Shown here one piece after another: positions 1 through 23,075 of a stretch of DNA of 64,000 nucleotides. The first letter of the stretch is position 1. Every line of letters begins with the position of its first letter. A model generated the notes under the pieces. That model was not told the DNA's origin and did no database searches. It worked only from the letters and a program-made list of their open reading frames with translations. Location: the NCBI GenBank assembly GCA_051294375.1, contig CM119271.1, forward strand, positions 2,184,677 through 2,248,676, in the 5' to 3' direction. A program made the translations under genes and the position numbers. Source of the stretch: Paraspadella gotoi (Eukaryota; Animalia; Chaetognatha).

Positions 1-193
1 CCTTTCATTTTAACCGTCATACTTCATTTTTCCAAGTGATAATGACTCTTAAATAGTGACCTGCTATGTCATTATCTTGTAAGAGTGATGGAGGCCTTAA
101 ATGGATAATTTTTATATTGGTTGTACCAATTTCATACGAGAACAAATTCTTTTAATTACAGCCCTCATCTCCTTTTGAATCCAATTATTATTA

Positions 194-604
194 TTATTCT
201 CTCGACTTTTCCCGCCTTTTCTCAGACAATAAAGTTGATGGCATCAACCGACCCGATACGACGCCGGCGGAGACTTTAGCCTGCAGCTGCGCCTGCAGCG
301 TCGGCGCCCGCGATGGGTCCGTCGAGGGAGAAACTCTCTCGTTGGATGAAGCGGAATTTCTCTTCCGTTCTCCGCCCATCGGCGACAACCCGGCGGCGCC
401 GCCTCCAGCCCCGTTTCCGTCGCCGGCGGCGTTGACGTTCTCTTGGCTGCCGATGGGCGAGAGGTAGGCAAAGTTTTTGGCGTCCCCGGCACCGGTTCCG
501 GCCCGCGGTTTGGAGGAGGAAGAGGGAGGCACCAGCGCGCTTTGGTCGGAACCCATGACGCGGGACGGAGAGAGTTTGGATACGTTAATCTCTAAGAGGC
601 CCAC
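194..604 (-). CDS. 5' coding exon of an unidentified gene, probably continuing past the window's left edge; Ser/Pro/Gly-rich; likely ATG at 556
   Basis: GC-rich open frame (MGSDQSALVPP...LSPIGSQENV...LSPMGG) in an AT-rich background, same composition as neighbouring exons; no recognisable domain. Confidence 0.45.
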   Translation of the reverse strand: MGLLEINVSKLSPSRVMGSDQSALVPPSSSSKPRAGTGAGDAKNFAYLSPIGSQENVNAAGDGNGAGGGAAGLSPMGGERKRNSASSNERVSPSTDPSRAPTLQAQLQAKVSAGVVSGRLMPSTLLSEKRREKSRE

Positions 605-1181
605 ATTTTACGCGGGACTCGAACAGTAATGAGAATCCTTTCGTTTTGTCAGGATGGTTGAAATGTCAAAGCATTACTGGCTGATGATCGATGGCATAAA
701 ATCGCCAAAAAAAAAAAAAAAAAATTAAAACAAAAATAAAAGACTCGCAATTAATTTTTAACTTGTATTTCCTTCAAATAAATGACTTACAAATAATTTT
801 CAATACTGAGAGTTAAATTACAATCGCTTTAAATGCCACATTGCTAACGCCGATAAACGCTAATACAAAACTAAAACTACGCCAGTAAAATAAATGAGAC
901 CATCCAATAAAAGTAGCGCATCCCGTTGAGTTTTAACGCCCATCTTTTCAGAGCTCATTGGCCTATAGAGTAAAAGAATGAGACGAGAGCGCAAATAAAA
1001 CATCAGAACTCAAAAATGTTACGGCTAAGCGAATAATTAGTGACCTAGAAACGACGCCCGAAAAAAGTATTTTTTTTTTAAACGCTGGAATGTTTTCTCG
1101 TGTACAACGAACGACTAGTCTCCGACAGCCGTAAGAAATATAGTTTATCACAATGTGATTCACGTATGCCGTTTCTTTCTT

Positions 1182-4100
1182 TCACAGATCATCGTGAATG
1201 TGAGGAGCATCCGTCTTTACTTTCTCTTTCCGTTTTTCTTCCGTCTTCTCTTCCTCTGTAGCGTCCGCCGCATCCGCATCCGCAGCCGCGTCCGTCCCGT
1301 CAAACCGCGCCTTCAGCTCCTTGATCTCCCTGTCGTATTCTGTCCACTCTGGCGCGATTCTCGCCGCCGCCGTGAGTTTGGGTTCTTTGGTGAGCGGGTT
1401 GTTGCAGAGATCGATCGTCTTGGCGGCAGCCTTGGACTCGTCCGAGCACCAAGTCTCGCACCACAACCACTCTTGAGGCAGGCTCTTGATGCCCACTTGG
1501 TGGATCATGTTGTTGGGCAAATCTTGATCTAAATTCGCCAAAGAGTTTGGGTCCTGGGAAAGGCCCTGGTACTGGCCGCGCAGGCGGTCGCCCGCCGCCA
1601 CCCTGCGGAACTTTTGAAGGTCGACCACGTAAAGAGCGCTGATGTGATACTTGCGGTGACCGAGGTGAGAGGCCCAGTAACCAGACTTCCAGAAGCGGAA
1701 CCTGGTATATAAAGATTGTTAGCTATTTTGATCTTTAGTTTTAGTTACTTTGAACTTTAGTTTTAGTTATAAAACGTTATCATGAATATAATCATCTCCT
1801 ACCCGTCCATCTCTTTCCGATCGTCGCAGAAGGGTGTGTAGCCGTAAGGAGCACCCCCGAGGTCGAGATCTTTGAGTTCCTTCAAATCCGCGCGGACGAT
1901 CTGATCCGCGTCCACGAAAATGATCTTCTTGACGCTGAGCGGGAATAGCACGTCGAGGAAGAGGATCTTGTAGCCCCAAATGACGCGCTGCTTCTCCGTC
2001 TGACGGTGTAGCCACCTTTGAGGAGAAATTGATTGAAAGTAACGTCAGTATTACTATTCCGTATTTACCAAAAAGGAGAACCTGCCGAGGAACTCGGGAA
2101 GATCGGACTACTAACCTCGGCCACTTGTACTCCACCAATTCGTACTTAAACCCGTACTCTTTCGCCATGACTGGCAAAAACTTTTTAAAGTCCGGGCTCA
2201 TAAAGTTTTTCAAAATCCAGAACTTAACAGGCGACTGGGTATTCTTGAGCACGGAGAGCATCATGATTCGCATGAGGCGCTCGTAAAGGTGACCCGTCGC
2301 CAGGGAGAAGACGTTGATAGTGTCGTCGTCGTCGTCCTTGTCCTGGACAGACTTTTTTCGAGCCCCGAGAGTGTCGCTTAGGGTGTTCCAGAGGCTGATT
2401 GCAAAAAAAAAAATCTTAAAAGCATAAGGATCGTCGCAATAACATAAGAAAAATCTGGATTGATACTAAAAAAAAAAATTTGAGAAAAGAAAATTAAATT
2501 ATAAACAAAGAAAAATTCTATTTTGCGATTGTTAATAAAAAAAAATAATAAGAAAATTAAAGTTACAGTTTCTGAAATATAGCAAAATGATAACATGCAC
2601 GAATGCGATGCCTAATTTTACTTATTCTTCTTTTTCATTTTTATCTTCCCCTTATTTGTTCTCGTTTATTGTTGACATAAGATATTTTTGCAACCATTCC
2701 CGCAATTATTTGTTTGCTCTGTTTTCTTTTCAGAAAAAAAAAAAAAAAATTTTGCGAGTTCAATCCTAATTCATTTTTTTTAAATAAAAACGCAGAGAGA
2801 GAGAGAGAGAGAAAGAAGAGAAAGAAAAGAAAGAATTCAAAAGGCAGCAGCAGAAGCAGCAGGAGAAAAGAGAGAAAAAGAAAGAGCCACTGCAGAGCCA
2901 GCTGCAGACTCAAAAGGCAGCAGCAGAAGCAGGAGAAAGAGAGAAAAAGAATAAGCCCCTGCAGAGCCAGCTGCAGGCTCGTTTTTTTCCCTATGATTAT
3001 GAATCAGTGACTAGGGAAAAGAGAGGGGGAGAGAGACATGTAATTAAAAAAGAAACAAGAGAGAGAATGAAATATGAAAATAAAAGAGAGAAAATTTGTT
3101 TGTTTTGATAAAACGTAAACAAAACATATTTAATAACTGTTTAGACTCAATTTTAAGCACATCGATGATGAGAAGCTGTATATAAATTTTTAGCTTCATA
3201 CACCCAAATTTAATCATAAAAAGGCGATCTATAATTTGGAACGCCGACAACGACGACGACGACAACGACGCCACTTATACGCAAAAGCGTTACAATTATC
3301 GTCGCAAACGCTTAGCGATTGCGACGATAAAAAAACGTTTTTCATAATTTCCCCTCCCACATTCTCATTTGTGTGTTTTGTCATATTTTGTCATATCGCG
3401 TCATGTTATTCTTTTAAGTCCTCACCTAAATCCTTCTTCGTCGTCCTCGTCGCCGCCAAGAATGTCAACGTTCTCTTTTCCCGCCTTCTTGGCTACTTTG
3501 ACCTTAATTACTTTCGTTTTGAACGAGTCTAAAACTACAACGACGTCGTCCTTGGATCGCGAAGCCAGCCTCTCCGTTCCTTCGTGCGATCCGATAGAGT
3601 AAACGTCTCGGGACGGACCCTCCCGCAGGTTCAACACCCACGCCCCGGGATTCGCCTTTAACTGAAAGTAACCCAAATTGGCCATGACGATGGTGTCCAC
3701 GGCTCCGACGTCGGCGGCGCTTTCCGGCGACTCGGCGTCGAAATTAATGTCCCTGAGGACAAACTGCAGGCCCCGCGGAGGCTGACCCGAACCAGAGTCG
3801 TGACAGTGGCCCTCGAGCAAGATATTCTCCAGCTCGTACTCTGCGTGTACACCGCCCTCGTCCACAGTGGCCAGCTTTATGTTGTCGAGATCGTAGGGGG
3901 AGCGGACGGCGCCGACGAGCCACTGTTCCGGCAGATCCATAGTCATGGTGAAAAGGACGTCCTTAGGAACATCCTTGAAGACGGTCGTCCGAGGGGCCGG
4001 AGCTCCCGAGACCGGATCGAACCGGGGCTCAGAGTCGATGGAATATTGATAGAAACTCTTGAGCGGCAACTCTGAATGTTTTTCCTTGCAATTCATATAA

Positions 4101-7100
4101 ATCTTAATGTCCATTGGGACGACCTCGCGGAGGGCGAGCAAGAGCGGCGCCAACTTTTGCGCCTCGCGGGAGACGGGGTCGAGGAGGACGACGACGTCGA
4201 GGGCCGGGAGCTCATCCGCCGTCGACGCCATGGGTTTGATGAGGACAGAGGACATGGCGGAGCTTTGAACTTTGACCTGGGGTTGATATGAGTTGTATAG
4301 AAGTATACTTATTAACATCTATTGGGATCACTTTCAAATTACAGAAAGAGTTTTTTACAAAGATGTAGAGCAGCTTCAGACACTCTAGATGTTGTTAAGG
4401 TGATGTAAACAAAGAAATTTGATTCAACTACCATTTTAAAATTCAAAACATTATAACGTTTTAACAACGGCAAAATTTTATTCTGCCAAGTAAAAATAAA
4501 ATTTCGCCGTTGTAATAACAAGATGAAAAAACTCTAAAATCGTTTAATCTTAAACGAAACGAAAAACATGAGAACGCCCTAGTCTTAAACAGAAGCTTTT
4601 ATGCGAACGACTAAAAGATAAGGCACCGTAATATGCAAACTTTACACTTTCAGTATGCTATGTACTATCTATGCAAAAACCTTACCTGATGCCTTTTGCC
4701 CGTTTGGACGTTGGGAAACATTAGCGAAGCGAGTTGCATGTACAAATCCGAACCGATCTCCGGCATCGTCGCCGACTTCATATCCAGTTTGACAAGTTCC
4801 GACTTGATCTTCTCCATCCCGCCGAGAAGAACCTTTTCCACCAAAACGATGTCGTCTACAACGACATCGACGCCACGATCCGGCGTCGTCGACGCCACAC
4901 GCAGCACGCGGCCGTTCGAGACGACCGCGGCAGCAGCACCGTGGACGCCAAGATTCAGGGAATCACGGGCGAGGGCGCGTTGATCGACGATGGCGCGGAT
5001 CACTTCCGGCTGAGGATTCGACGCCTCTCGCTTGACTCGCGCTAGGTCGACGCCGTGGACGGTCACTACTTCCGGAGGAACTTCGTCGGGGCCGGTGAGG
5101 AAGGCGCGAAGAGACTCGTCGCGGAGAAGCTTGTTGAAGAACAACTTGCCGCCGTTGTGGCTAGAATCGCGCAGAGCGATCTGCAGGGATAGAGACAGAG
5201 GACCCGGTGGGGACTCTGGGTGATCGCTGTAGTGAACCAAGCCGATGCGAGATCGGCTGGAGGCCTTCTTCATGTGCTTTGACGCGACAGAGAGCAAGGC
5301 CAAGCCCTCGGGAGTGTCGAAATCCGCCACCAACAAGTGAGTCAGGATTGGAGGATGGAGCAGCTCGCTCGGGTCGCTCTTGTAGAGATACTGAATGTCG
5401 GGAAAGAGGCGTGGCCAATCGAGAGAGGCCGAGGGTTTCGGCGAGAGCGAGAGAAAGACCGACTTGATGTCTTCGGGTTCCAAAATGCGAGGATTGAGGC
5501 GAGGGACGACGTTGTCTTTGCTCATGATGTGCTCGAGAAGGTTCACCTAACGATTTTTTTTTTAATATTTCACGATTATTAAGCGATCAAAAACACAAAA
5601 ACAAAAATACAAAACGTCATCGTTAACAAATTCTTTCGGTAACTTGACTGAACCTGACCTCATTAGTAATCTCTCCGTTATAAACTTGAAGCTGAAAGGA
5701 GTTGGTCTGTTTCAGGACAGAATAGACGAGGGAGTCCTCGAAGGACTCCGTCTCGAGTTCGGCTGGTTGGAAGGCGACGCCGTTGTGAACGACCTGTTGG
5801 AGAAAAAAACGGGCAAATTTGGATAATGATTAATGAGTAATGGATAAGTCGTAAATTACAGATTTTTTTTAAAGGAAAAAGAAAGCAAACCAATAATTAC
5901 GGGAATGGTTGCAAAAATTCTTATAAAGAAAACTATAAGAGCAGAGTGAAAAATTTAAAAAACACTTAGAAAAGAGACAAGATCAGGATACAAAAAATTC
6001 ACTGGCATTATTTAATGTAGAGCAACGACCTACGTGAGAATTTTTTTTTTACTCAAATTCTGAACTGAGAGACTTCACCAACAAAAACTAGTCTGGTTTC
6101 CTATTGTTACATGTAGATTCGTAGAAACAAAATAAAGATTAAGATAAAATTATAAATTCACACATCATAAGGACACCACGATTATCTTTTGATAAATTGA
6201 TCCTTTCACAACCAAAAAATTAAAAAAAGAGCAAAACAAAGACTACGCTGCAATATGCTAATTAGATTAAATTTGTTTTAAACTGAGGAATAGGTTTGTA
6301 TTTTTTTTTATTACCAAAACTATTCGAAAAATAATCGCTTGTAATCTAACCTAAAATATTGATTTTCATTCCGCCTAATCCTCCGACAGTAAAAAGAATA
6401 GTACTTACAATCGGCAAGGCGCCAAGTCCGGTCCGTCGATAAAACCCCGCCGAGCTCCTCCGCCCCTTGTCGAATTTGGAGGAGACGCCGAAAACCTCCT
6501 CGGGCGCCCGGCCGTGGTAAAACTTGGCGACCCTCTCCGGCGTCAGCTTCTCGTCCGGCAGCGCCGCCAGATCGGAGAGAAAGCTCAACGCCCTCGTCGC
6601 GTCGTAGGTCTCGGCGAAATAATTGAAAAGACGAAAGGCGGCGACGCCGGAATTCTCGGCTCCGTCCACCTCCTCGACCTCGTCGACGACGAGCACGAAC
6701 CCGATCCTAAAGGGCGTGTCGTGAGCGAGAAAGGCCTCGGCGTGCTTGATGAGGCCCCGCGTGACGGCGTCGCGCCCCGTCGGGTCCACGAAGAAGACGA
6801 CGTGGTGAAAGTTTTTGCGGACGTGGCGTAGCGTGCCGGGAAAGGCGGGGCGGAGGAGATCCTGTACGTTGGAGGGCCAGGATCGGTAGCGAGAGTCTTC
6901 CTCCAGGTCGTTGAGAAAGACGACGGCGGGATCGCGAATGTCGAGGGCGTAGGGCTCCTCGCCCGCCTTGAGCTCGAGGGCGGCGAGCTTACCGACGGCG
7001 GGGCCGCGAAAGCCGAGAGAGTGGAGACCTTCGATCACCGTCGTCTCGCTCTTGAGAGTCTCGAGGAGAGAAAAAATGTCCAACTCGGCGAGATCCACTT

Positions 7101-9378
7101 TTATGCCGCTGAGGAACAGAGCGGACTCGCCGGGCTCGATTCCTGTGGATGAACCAATGAATAATGTATGTATTGGATGTAATGTAATGCAATGTATGTA
7201 ATATATATTTATATAGTATTTTATAAAAGACAAATGGAGCTTGCCGATTTTAAGTTGTTCAAAATATATCGGTCTCAGATTTTCTGTACCTAGCGTTGTT
7301 TCCCAGAAGGCCTGATTCTTTCTGATCTCCTTTTTAACATCCTTCTTGACTGGAATTTTTGATAATGATCGAGCCAGGCGTGGAAAATTTTGACTCAGCT
7401 CCAGGAGCAGCTTTAGGGCTCCCTCCGGAGGAGACTCTAAAATTCGTTGTGCTGTTTGGAGGCTCAAGTCCTGGGGGGGGGGAAAGGAAATACAAGGTTT
7501 ATAAATATTTTCAAAAATAGAAATGTTAGAAACGAAACATACCAATTTCATAGCAATTCATTCAATAAATTCAACGGACCTGCACTTCCCAGACTTTAAG
7601 CGGCGCCATTTCGTTGGCGGAGTCGACCAGGTGCTTCCGGAATTCGAACAACTTGTCAATAAGTTCGGGGTGCTGCTTGGAGAGCGTCGTGAAGCGAAAA
7701 CCGTTGAGCTCGTCTTCCTCCAGCTCCCCGCCACCGGAGCCTGAGGCGGACCATTGGGCCTTCACTTTGGTGTCATCCTGATAATTAAAAGTGAAATATG
7801 AACATTCTAAAAGTCAATTATGAACAACATACCATCAGTGAACATTAATTTGTAAAAAAAAATAATTTTATGTTTTTCAATTTATGTATATATTTATATT
7901 TATATATAGTACTGTCCTTATAAAATCGAAAAATTTCAAAATAGGCTTTTCTTAATTCTGATTGCAGATTTGAATTCCTCGTCAAAAGTTGATAAAAGAA
8001 AATATAAATCATTTTTAAAAATTCTTTCATTAAGTGGGTTAAAAATTAAAAAAACTATATTGAATATATAAAGTTAATTTTCAGCTTAAAATATAACTTT
8101 TTCTAATATTTGACCCACTTAATGAAAGAATTTTTTAAAAAGAGTTATATTTCTTTTTATCAACTTTTTATGATGAATCCAAATCTACAAAAAAAATTAA
8201 AAAAAAACTTATGAAATTTTAACATTTATTGGTTTAGTACTAGTATAAATATGGCCTACTGCGTAAATTGTAAAATTTATTATAAATTTTTTTATTACAT
8301 AAATGTTCATTAGTATAATGTTGTTCGTTCCTCACTTTTAGAATTTTAATTAAAGTTAAATTTAGGAATTTTACTACGCCTTAGTATACATATATATGTA
8401 ATTTTATATATAAACTATATTTATGTAATACGTACAAAACCTTTTTATAACTAAAATTTCTTTCCGAAATATTTAAATTAAAACTAAACGCAAACCTGCG
8501 CCTTGTATTCTGTGCTTTTTATTGCCAACTCAACGCCGAACCCGGACAGCCGCACCGACGCCTCTGCATCCTCGTCGAGCAGGACGCTCGGCGGCGTCAC
8601 CGAGTGGCGCAGCACGTAGTTTACGCGTTTCTCCCGCGCCAGTCGAGAGAGAGTCTCGTGAAAGGGGCGGAACGACCGGGAGCCCATGAAGCCATAAAGA
8701 ACTACGGGGATGGCGCTGGGGTCGGAGGAAGGGTGGACGTGGTCGAAGTCAAAAACCGTCGTCGCCAGTTCCTTCGCCTCCGCCGAAGCCACGAGATTAG
8801 TCAGCGTCTCGGCGTCGCAGGCTTCGACGCCGTCGACGACGGCGAACGTCTCGCAGCCTCCATCGCTGCGGTTGCTGGGTCGCCGCAGTTGCTGCAGCAT
8901 GGCTACTTTGGGCGAGAATGTCCTAAGGATAGGGGAAAGAAGATTTTAAAATAAATTTTAGGTGAAATCCTTACTATGTTTCTTTTTCATCAATCCTCTC
9001 TCACCTGAGAACTAAGGCGAACTTGAGGTATCGCAGCTGTAGCGGCGTGAGGAGCAAAGCTGCGATCTCCAGCATCTTGTCGTAACGACGCCGATCAAGG
9101 ACGGCGGGAAAAAAGTCCTCCTCTTCCCGCTCCTCGCCCTCGGCCGCCGCAGCGGTCACCGCCGCCACGCGGTCGACGAATTGCCAAAACTTGTCCCGAC
9201 TCTCGAGCGCCACGAACTCGGACGTCTCCAGTAGCAAGGACGTCTCTCGCCATTTGGCGCGAAGGTTTAGCGAGACGCTCTTGGGCGAATCACAGACGAC
9301 GACGCAGCCCAATAAGAGGACGGAGAGAGAGATCGACTCCAGGAGGAGCAACGTCCGACCAAAGAGCGTCGGCGTCAT
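1182..9378 (-). CDS. UGGT: UDP-glucose:glycoprotein glucosyltransferase (multi-exon)
   Basis: Signal peptide then [20 protein letters not shown]; [19 protein letters not shown]; [19 protein letters not shown]; GT24 domain ([53 protein letters not shown]); C-terminal HDDL ER-retention-like signal. Confidence 0.97.
2838..2980. repeat. Imperfect tandem duplication of about 70 bp in a UGGT intron
   Basis: caaaaggcagcagcagaagcag...gagagaaaaa...agcc(a/c)ctgcagagccagctgcag(a/g)ctc occurs twice in tandem. Confidence 0.8.
7783..8351. mobile_element. Degenerate AT-rich foldback/MITE-like palindrome of about 570 bp in a UGGT intron
   Basis: attctttcattaagtgggt (~8021) is the reverse complement of acccacttaatgaaagaat (~8113); aaaagttgataaaagaaaatataa pairs with ttatatttctttttatcaactttt; weaker outer-arm matches (ttctaaaagt/acttttagaa). 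Confidence 0.7.
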
Positions 9379-9934
9379 TTTCTTTTCTTTTGATTGAAGT
9401 TTGAACGAAATTGAAATTTGGAAAAAAAAACTTGGCGCGATATTAAAACGAGCGAAGCTGGGTTTTTTTTTTTCAAACGTTCGACTTTCTTCTTCACAAA
9501 ATCGTCTCCGACACTCACGACGCGGAAAACGCGTTCGTGGGACTCATGATTTTTTTTTGTAAATACCTGCCGCTTTTCGAGTCGGACCAACGGGTCAATG
9601 AGTAAAAGTAAACAGGTAAAAAACCGTATGTAATAAAAGAGCGGAAGACAACAAAAAATACCCGTATTTCTACGTAATATTGTATAATGTACAAATAATG
9701 AGTATCAACGTCATAAAAGATTTTGATTTATTCAGATTATCGGGGCAGTCAATTGAGATTAATAAAACGCGATATACGAATCAAATTCCGATAAAAAAAC
9801 AAGGAGGGTGGCCTCCAGCGGGCATTTAGTAAAAAGTAAATATAAAATGACTAAAGAAAAAAGTTCAACGACTTTCGCGCGATTGACGGGTAAAAAACCA
9901 ACCCTCGCCACAAATTATAGAAGCTCCCCCCCAC

Positions 9935-10541
9935 TCATTTTTTGGCGCAGAGTAGAAAAAGTATGAAGAAAATAAGGAAGACGGGTTTTGTGGAGATGGT
10001 TCCCCTGAATCCGGCCGCCGTCTCCGCGTGAAAGCGAAGGAGCTCCTTCGGATCGGGCTCCCACTCGTGGGCGTAGAGCGGCCCCTCGATGACGACCACA
10101 TCTTTGTCGTGTTGCTTTCGCGAGAACAAAGCTCTCAAGTCAAAGATGGAACGTTTGGACGAAGCGAACGTGAAGTTGTTGGTGGGACACAAGGGGAGTT
10201 CTTCCACGACACCGTGCCTGAGAATAGAAGATTTTCTTTTTGACGTCTCGTTCACAACAACATCGACTACAACTACAAAATAACTACAAAAAGATCTCAG
10301 ATATTCGTTCAAAAAATTTCCTTATCGCCCGGTCGCCCACACCGTACCCGCGGTATAAGAGGTGACACTTCATGCGGACCCTGTCGAGCAGGGCGTTGCA
10401 GGTAAAGGGAGGATTAAAGCGGAAATTGGGACAAAGGTCGAGGTAATCCCTCGCCGTGACGATGGAAAAAACGCCGCCGAAAAAAAGCGCGGCGAGAGGG
10501 AGCCACTCCGAATGTAATCCCAGCTTTACGAGAAGTCGCAT
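9935..10541 (-). CDS. Orphan small secreted or GPI-anchored-like protein, probably two exons
   Basis: ORF 10284-10541 starts with a hydrophobic signal and has 3 Cys; ORF 9935-10312 has NxT sequons and a hydrophobic C-terminus; a ~70-nt GT..ttttgtag intron (~10341-10273) joins them in frame. Confidence 0.5.
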
Positions 10542-12930
10542 GTTGATTGTTCAGCTTTTATTTTTATTATTTTCTCATAAGAAATAGTTTGTTTGTTTTA
10601 AAATTTAATTTTCACGAACGACGGAGTCAAGGACGACCCATTTGATTTAATTAGGTGAATCGGATATCAGTTTTTTATTCGTCGGATCGTTTGTAAATGT
10701 ATTTCGTCGCCTAAAACGAGATGTATAGAGAAGATATACGATAAATGAAAAACAAAAGTTTTTAAAGAGCGAGACAAAATAAAAATACAAACATTGTCAA
10801 CGTTGAAAAATCATTATCTTATTTGAATTCTTTATTTTTTTAATGTGAGTGCATGTGTCCAACTGATCAACCTAACTTATCTTAAAAACGCTATACATCT
10901 GCGTTATTTGAAAAGGAAATGGGAAATCATGCTTTTCATTAGTAATACGATTTTCACGACCAAAGATCATTAATAAATTATTTCATTTAATAATTTCTAA
11001 AACGTGCACCTTATCAAAGATCTTATGTCAGTCGAATTTAAAAGACCCATGCAATTTGAGTGAATCTTCTCAAAATATATAGTTATAGTACAAACGAATT
11101 GACCAGAGGGGAGGGGGAGTTATGGCGATTAGCAATTAAAAAAAAATAATCTATCCTTGCGAACATGATTGATATTGATGAAACTGTGAGAACAAAAACG
11201 TATGACAATCCCCATTCAAGCTTGACCAGGACGAGAAGCGTAACATATGGACTTTATTGGGGGTTTTTTCCTTTATTTTTGAAGTTAACAATAAAAGGAC
11301 AACAGAACTTATACGATAACAATAAGATTATATCACTTTTTTAAACGCCAACAAAAAAGTTCCCTTCGGTAGAAGGAGTAAGAGAAAAGACAAGAGAGTT
11401 AGATAAAGAGAGCAAAACAAAGAGAAAGAGAGAGAGAAAAGAAGAGAGTCCAACCAGGGGACTAGTATCAAACTTTGCTTTAATGACTATCAATAATCTG
11501 TTCTTTTTTTTTTTTTTTGCATCACCTGTACGAACATTGGGGCAAAAATATAACTTTGTCTCGAAATAGCATCAATGAGGAAAGTACGCGCAAATATCGC
11601 TCCGACACACTTGCTAAGTATAACATGAAATAAAGATTTATTTAAAAAAAAAAAAGTACAGCACTGACAATGCAGCGAAGATCGTTTACAAATAATAAAA
11701 AATATTCCAAATAATCTTCCTATAATTATCAACAAGATTTTTTATCACTAATTTGTAAACAATCGTCATTGAGAGTTTCTAAAACATGTGTGGCAAGAAA
11801 ATTTGTCAGAAATGGTCCACTATAAAAATCCAGGCGCAAATTCTTGTGCCAGTAAAAATAGAAACACTAAAGAAACTAGAGAGAAAGGATGAGAGATAAG
11901 CCAATAAAGTTAGAATATTTTTAGCAGTGTAAAAGAAAGATTTTTTAGAATATTACTAAATGAGCTTGAATTCATAAACTAGATCTGGGCCCTTCTAAAA
12001 AACCCCCCCAACAGCTTTTCTTCGGAGAAAACTTCACTTGAAAGTGAAACTAAATAGGCATTACTTAACTCAAGAGTCAACATTACATTCTATCACAATG
12101 AAGAATAAAGTTAATATCCTCTTTATATCTCCTCAGTCCTCATTCCTCACTCAAGATGAACTCGTTGCGGGTATTGACCGAAAAAATTTATTCTTATAAT
12201 AACAATTGCCGCACTTTCATTTAATTAAGCACTGGTGTTCATATAACTTAAAAAAATCAAAAGGAAAAAAAAATAAACATTTTTAGTGTCGGACGATGAT
12301 GAGACCGGGGCGAAAGAGAAATAAGCAGCAACAAAGATAAAGAGAGAGGGAGGAGAAAAAAAAAACTAATTATGGATATAACAATTAACTACGTGAACAA
12401 ATCGGGGGCACCTCTATACTCTTGATCGAGTAAGCACAATGACGGGGGGGGGACAGAAGAAAATGAATTGGGGGGGAGGAGGTGGGGGAGAGAGGAGGTG
12501 GAGGTCGATGGATGGTTTTTGTTCTTTTATCATGTCGGGGTTTTTTTCTTTCTAAACGAATTTTTATTTAATTTTTTAAGTGAGAGACGTCGAGGGTCAG
12601 AGGGGTTGGGTTAAGTCTTTGGATTAGAGTCGTTTGTATGAGGTCTACTTAATAGTTTTTTTTATTTCCAATTTTCACTTGGCGACGGGCGTGGTTTTGG
12701 CATGCGCTTGTGAGAGGGCGAGAGAATGAAAGGAACCTGGTGGCGCGCCTAGAGCGCGAGGCGACGTTGAAATTTGCCAAGTCTTCCCGACCGTTTCGAA
12801 AAAGAAAAAAAAGAAAAAAGAAAAGAAAAGTTGATCGCAAAACGAGAGGGGAACGAAACAGAGGTTGTCTCCACTTCGTTTACCCTTTCCAATCCATTCA
12901 CCAACTCCCGAGAAGGAGCGTGAAAAATGA

Positions 12931-23075
<10,145 letters not shown>

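Noticed and set aside
194-604. Possible Cdc25-like N-terminus based on LSP motifs
   Set aside because: Low-complexity sequence with no diagnostic domain inside the window
10350-10450. Insulin B-chain-like Cys spacing (TCNALLDRVRMKC)
   Set aside because: No CG motif and no canonical CC-x3-C-x8-C A chain in either splice option
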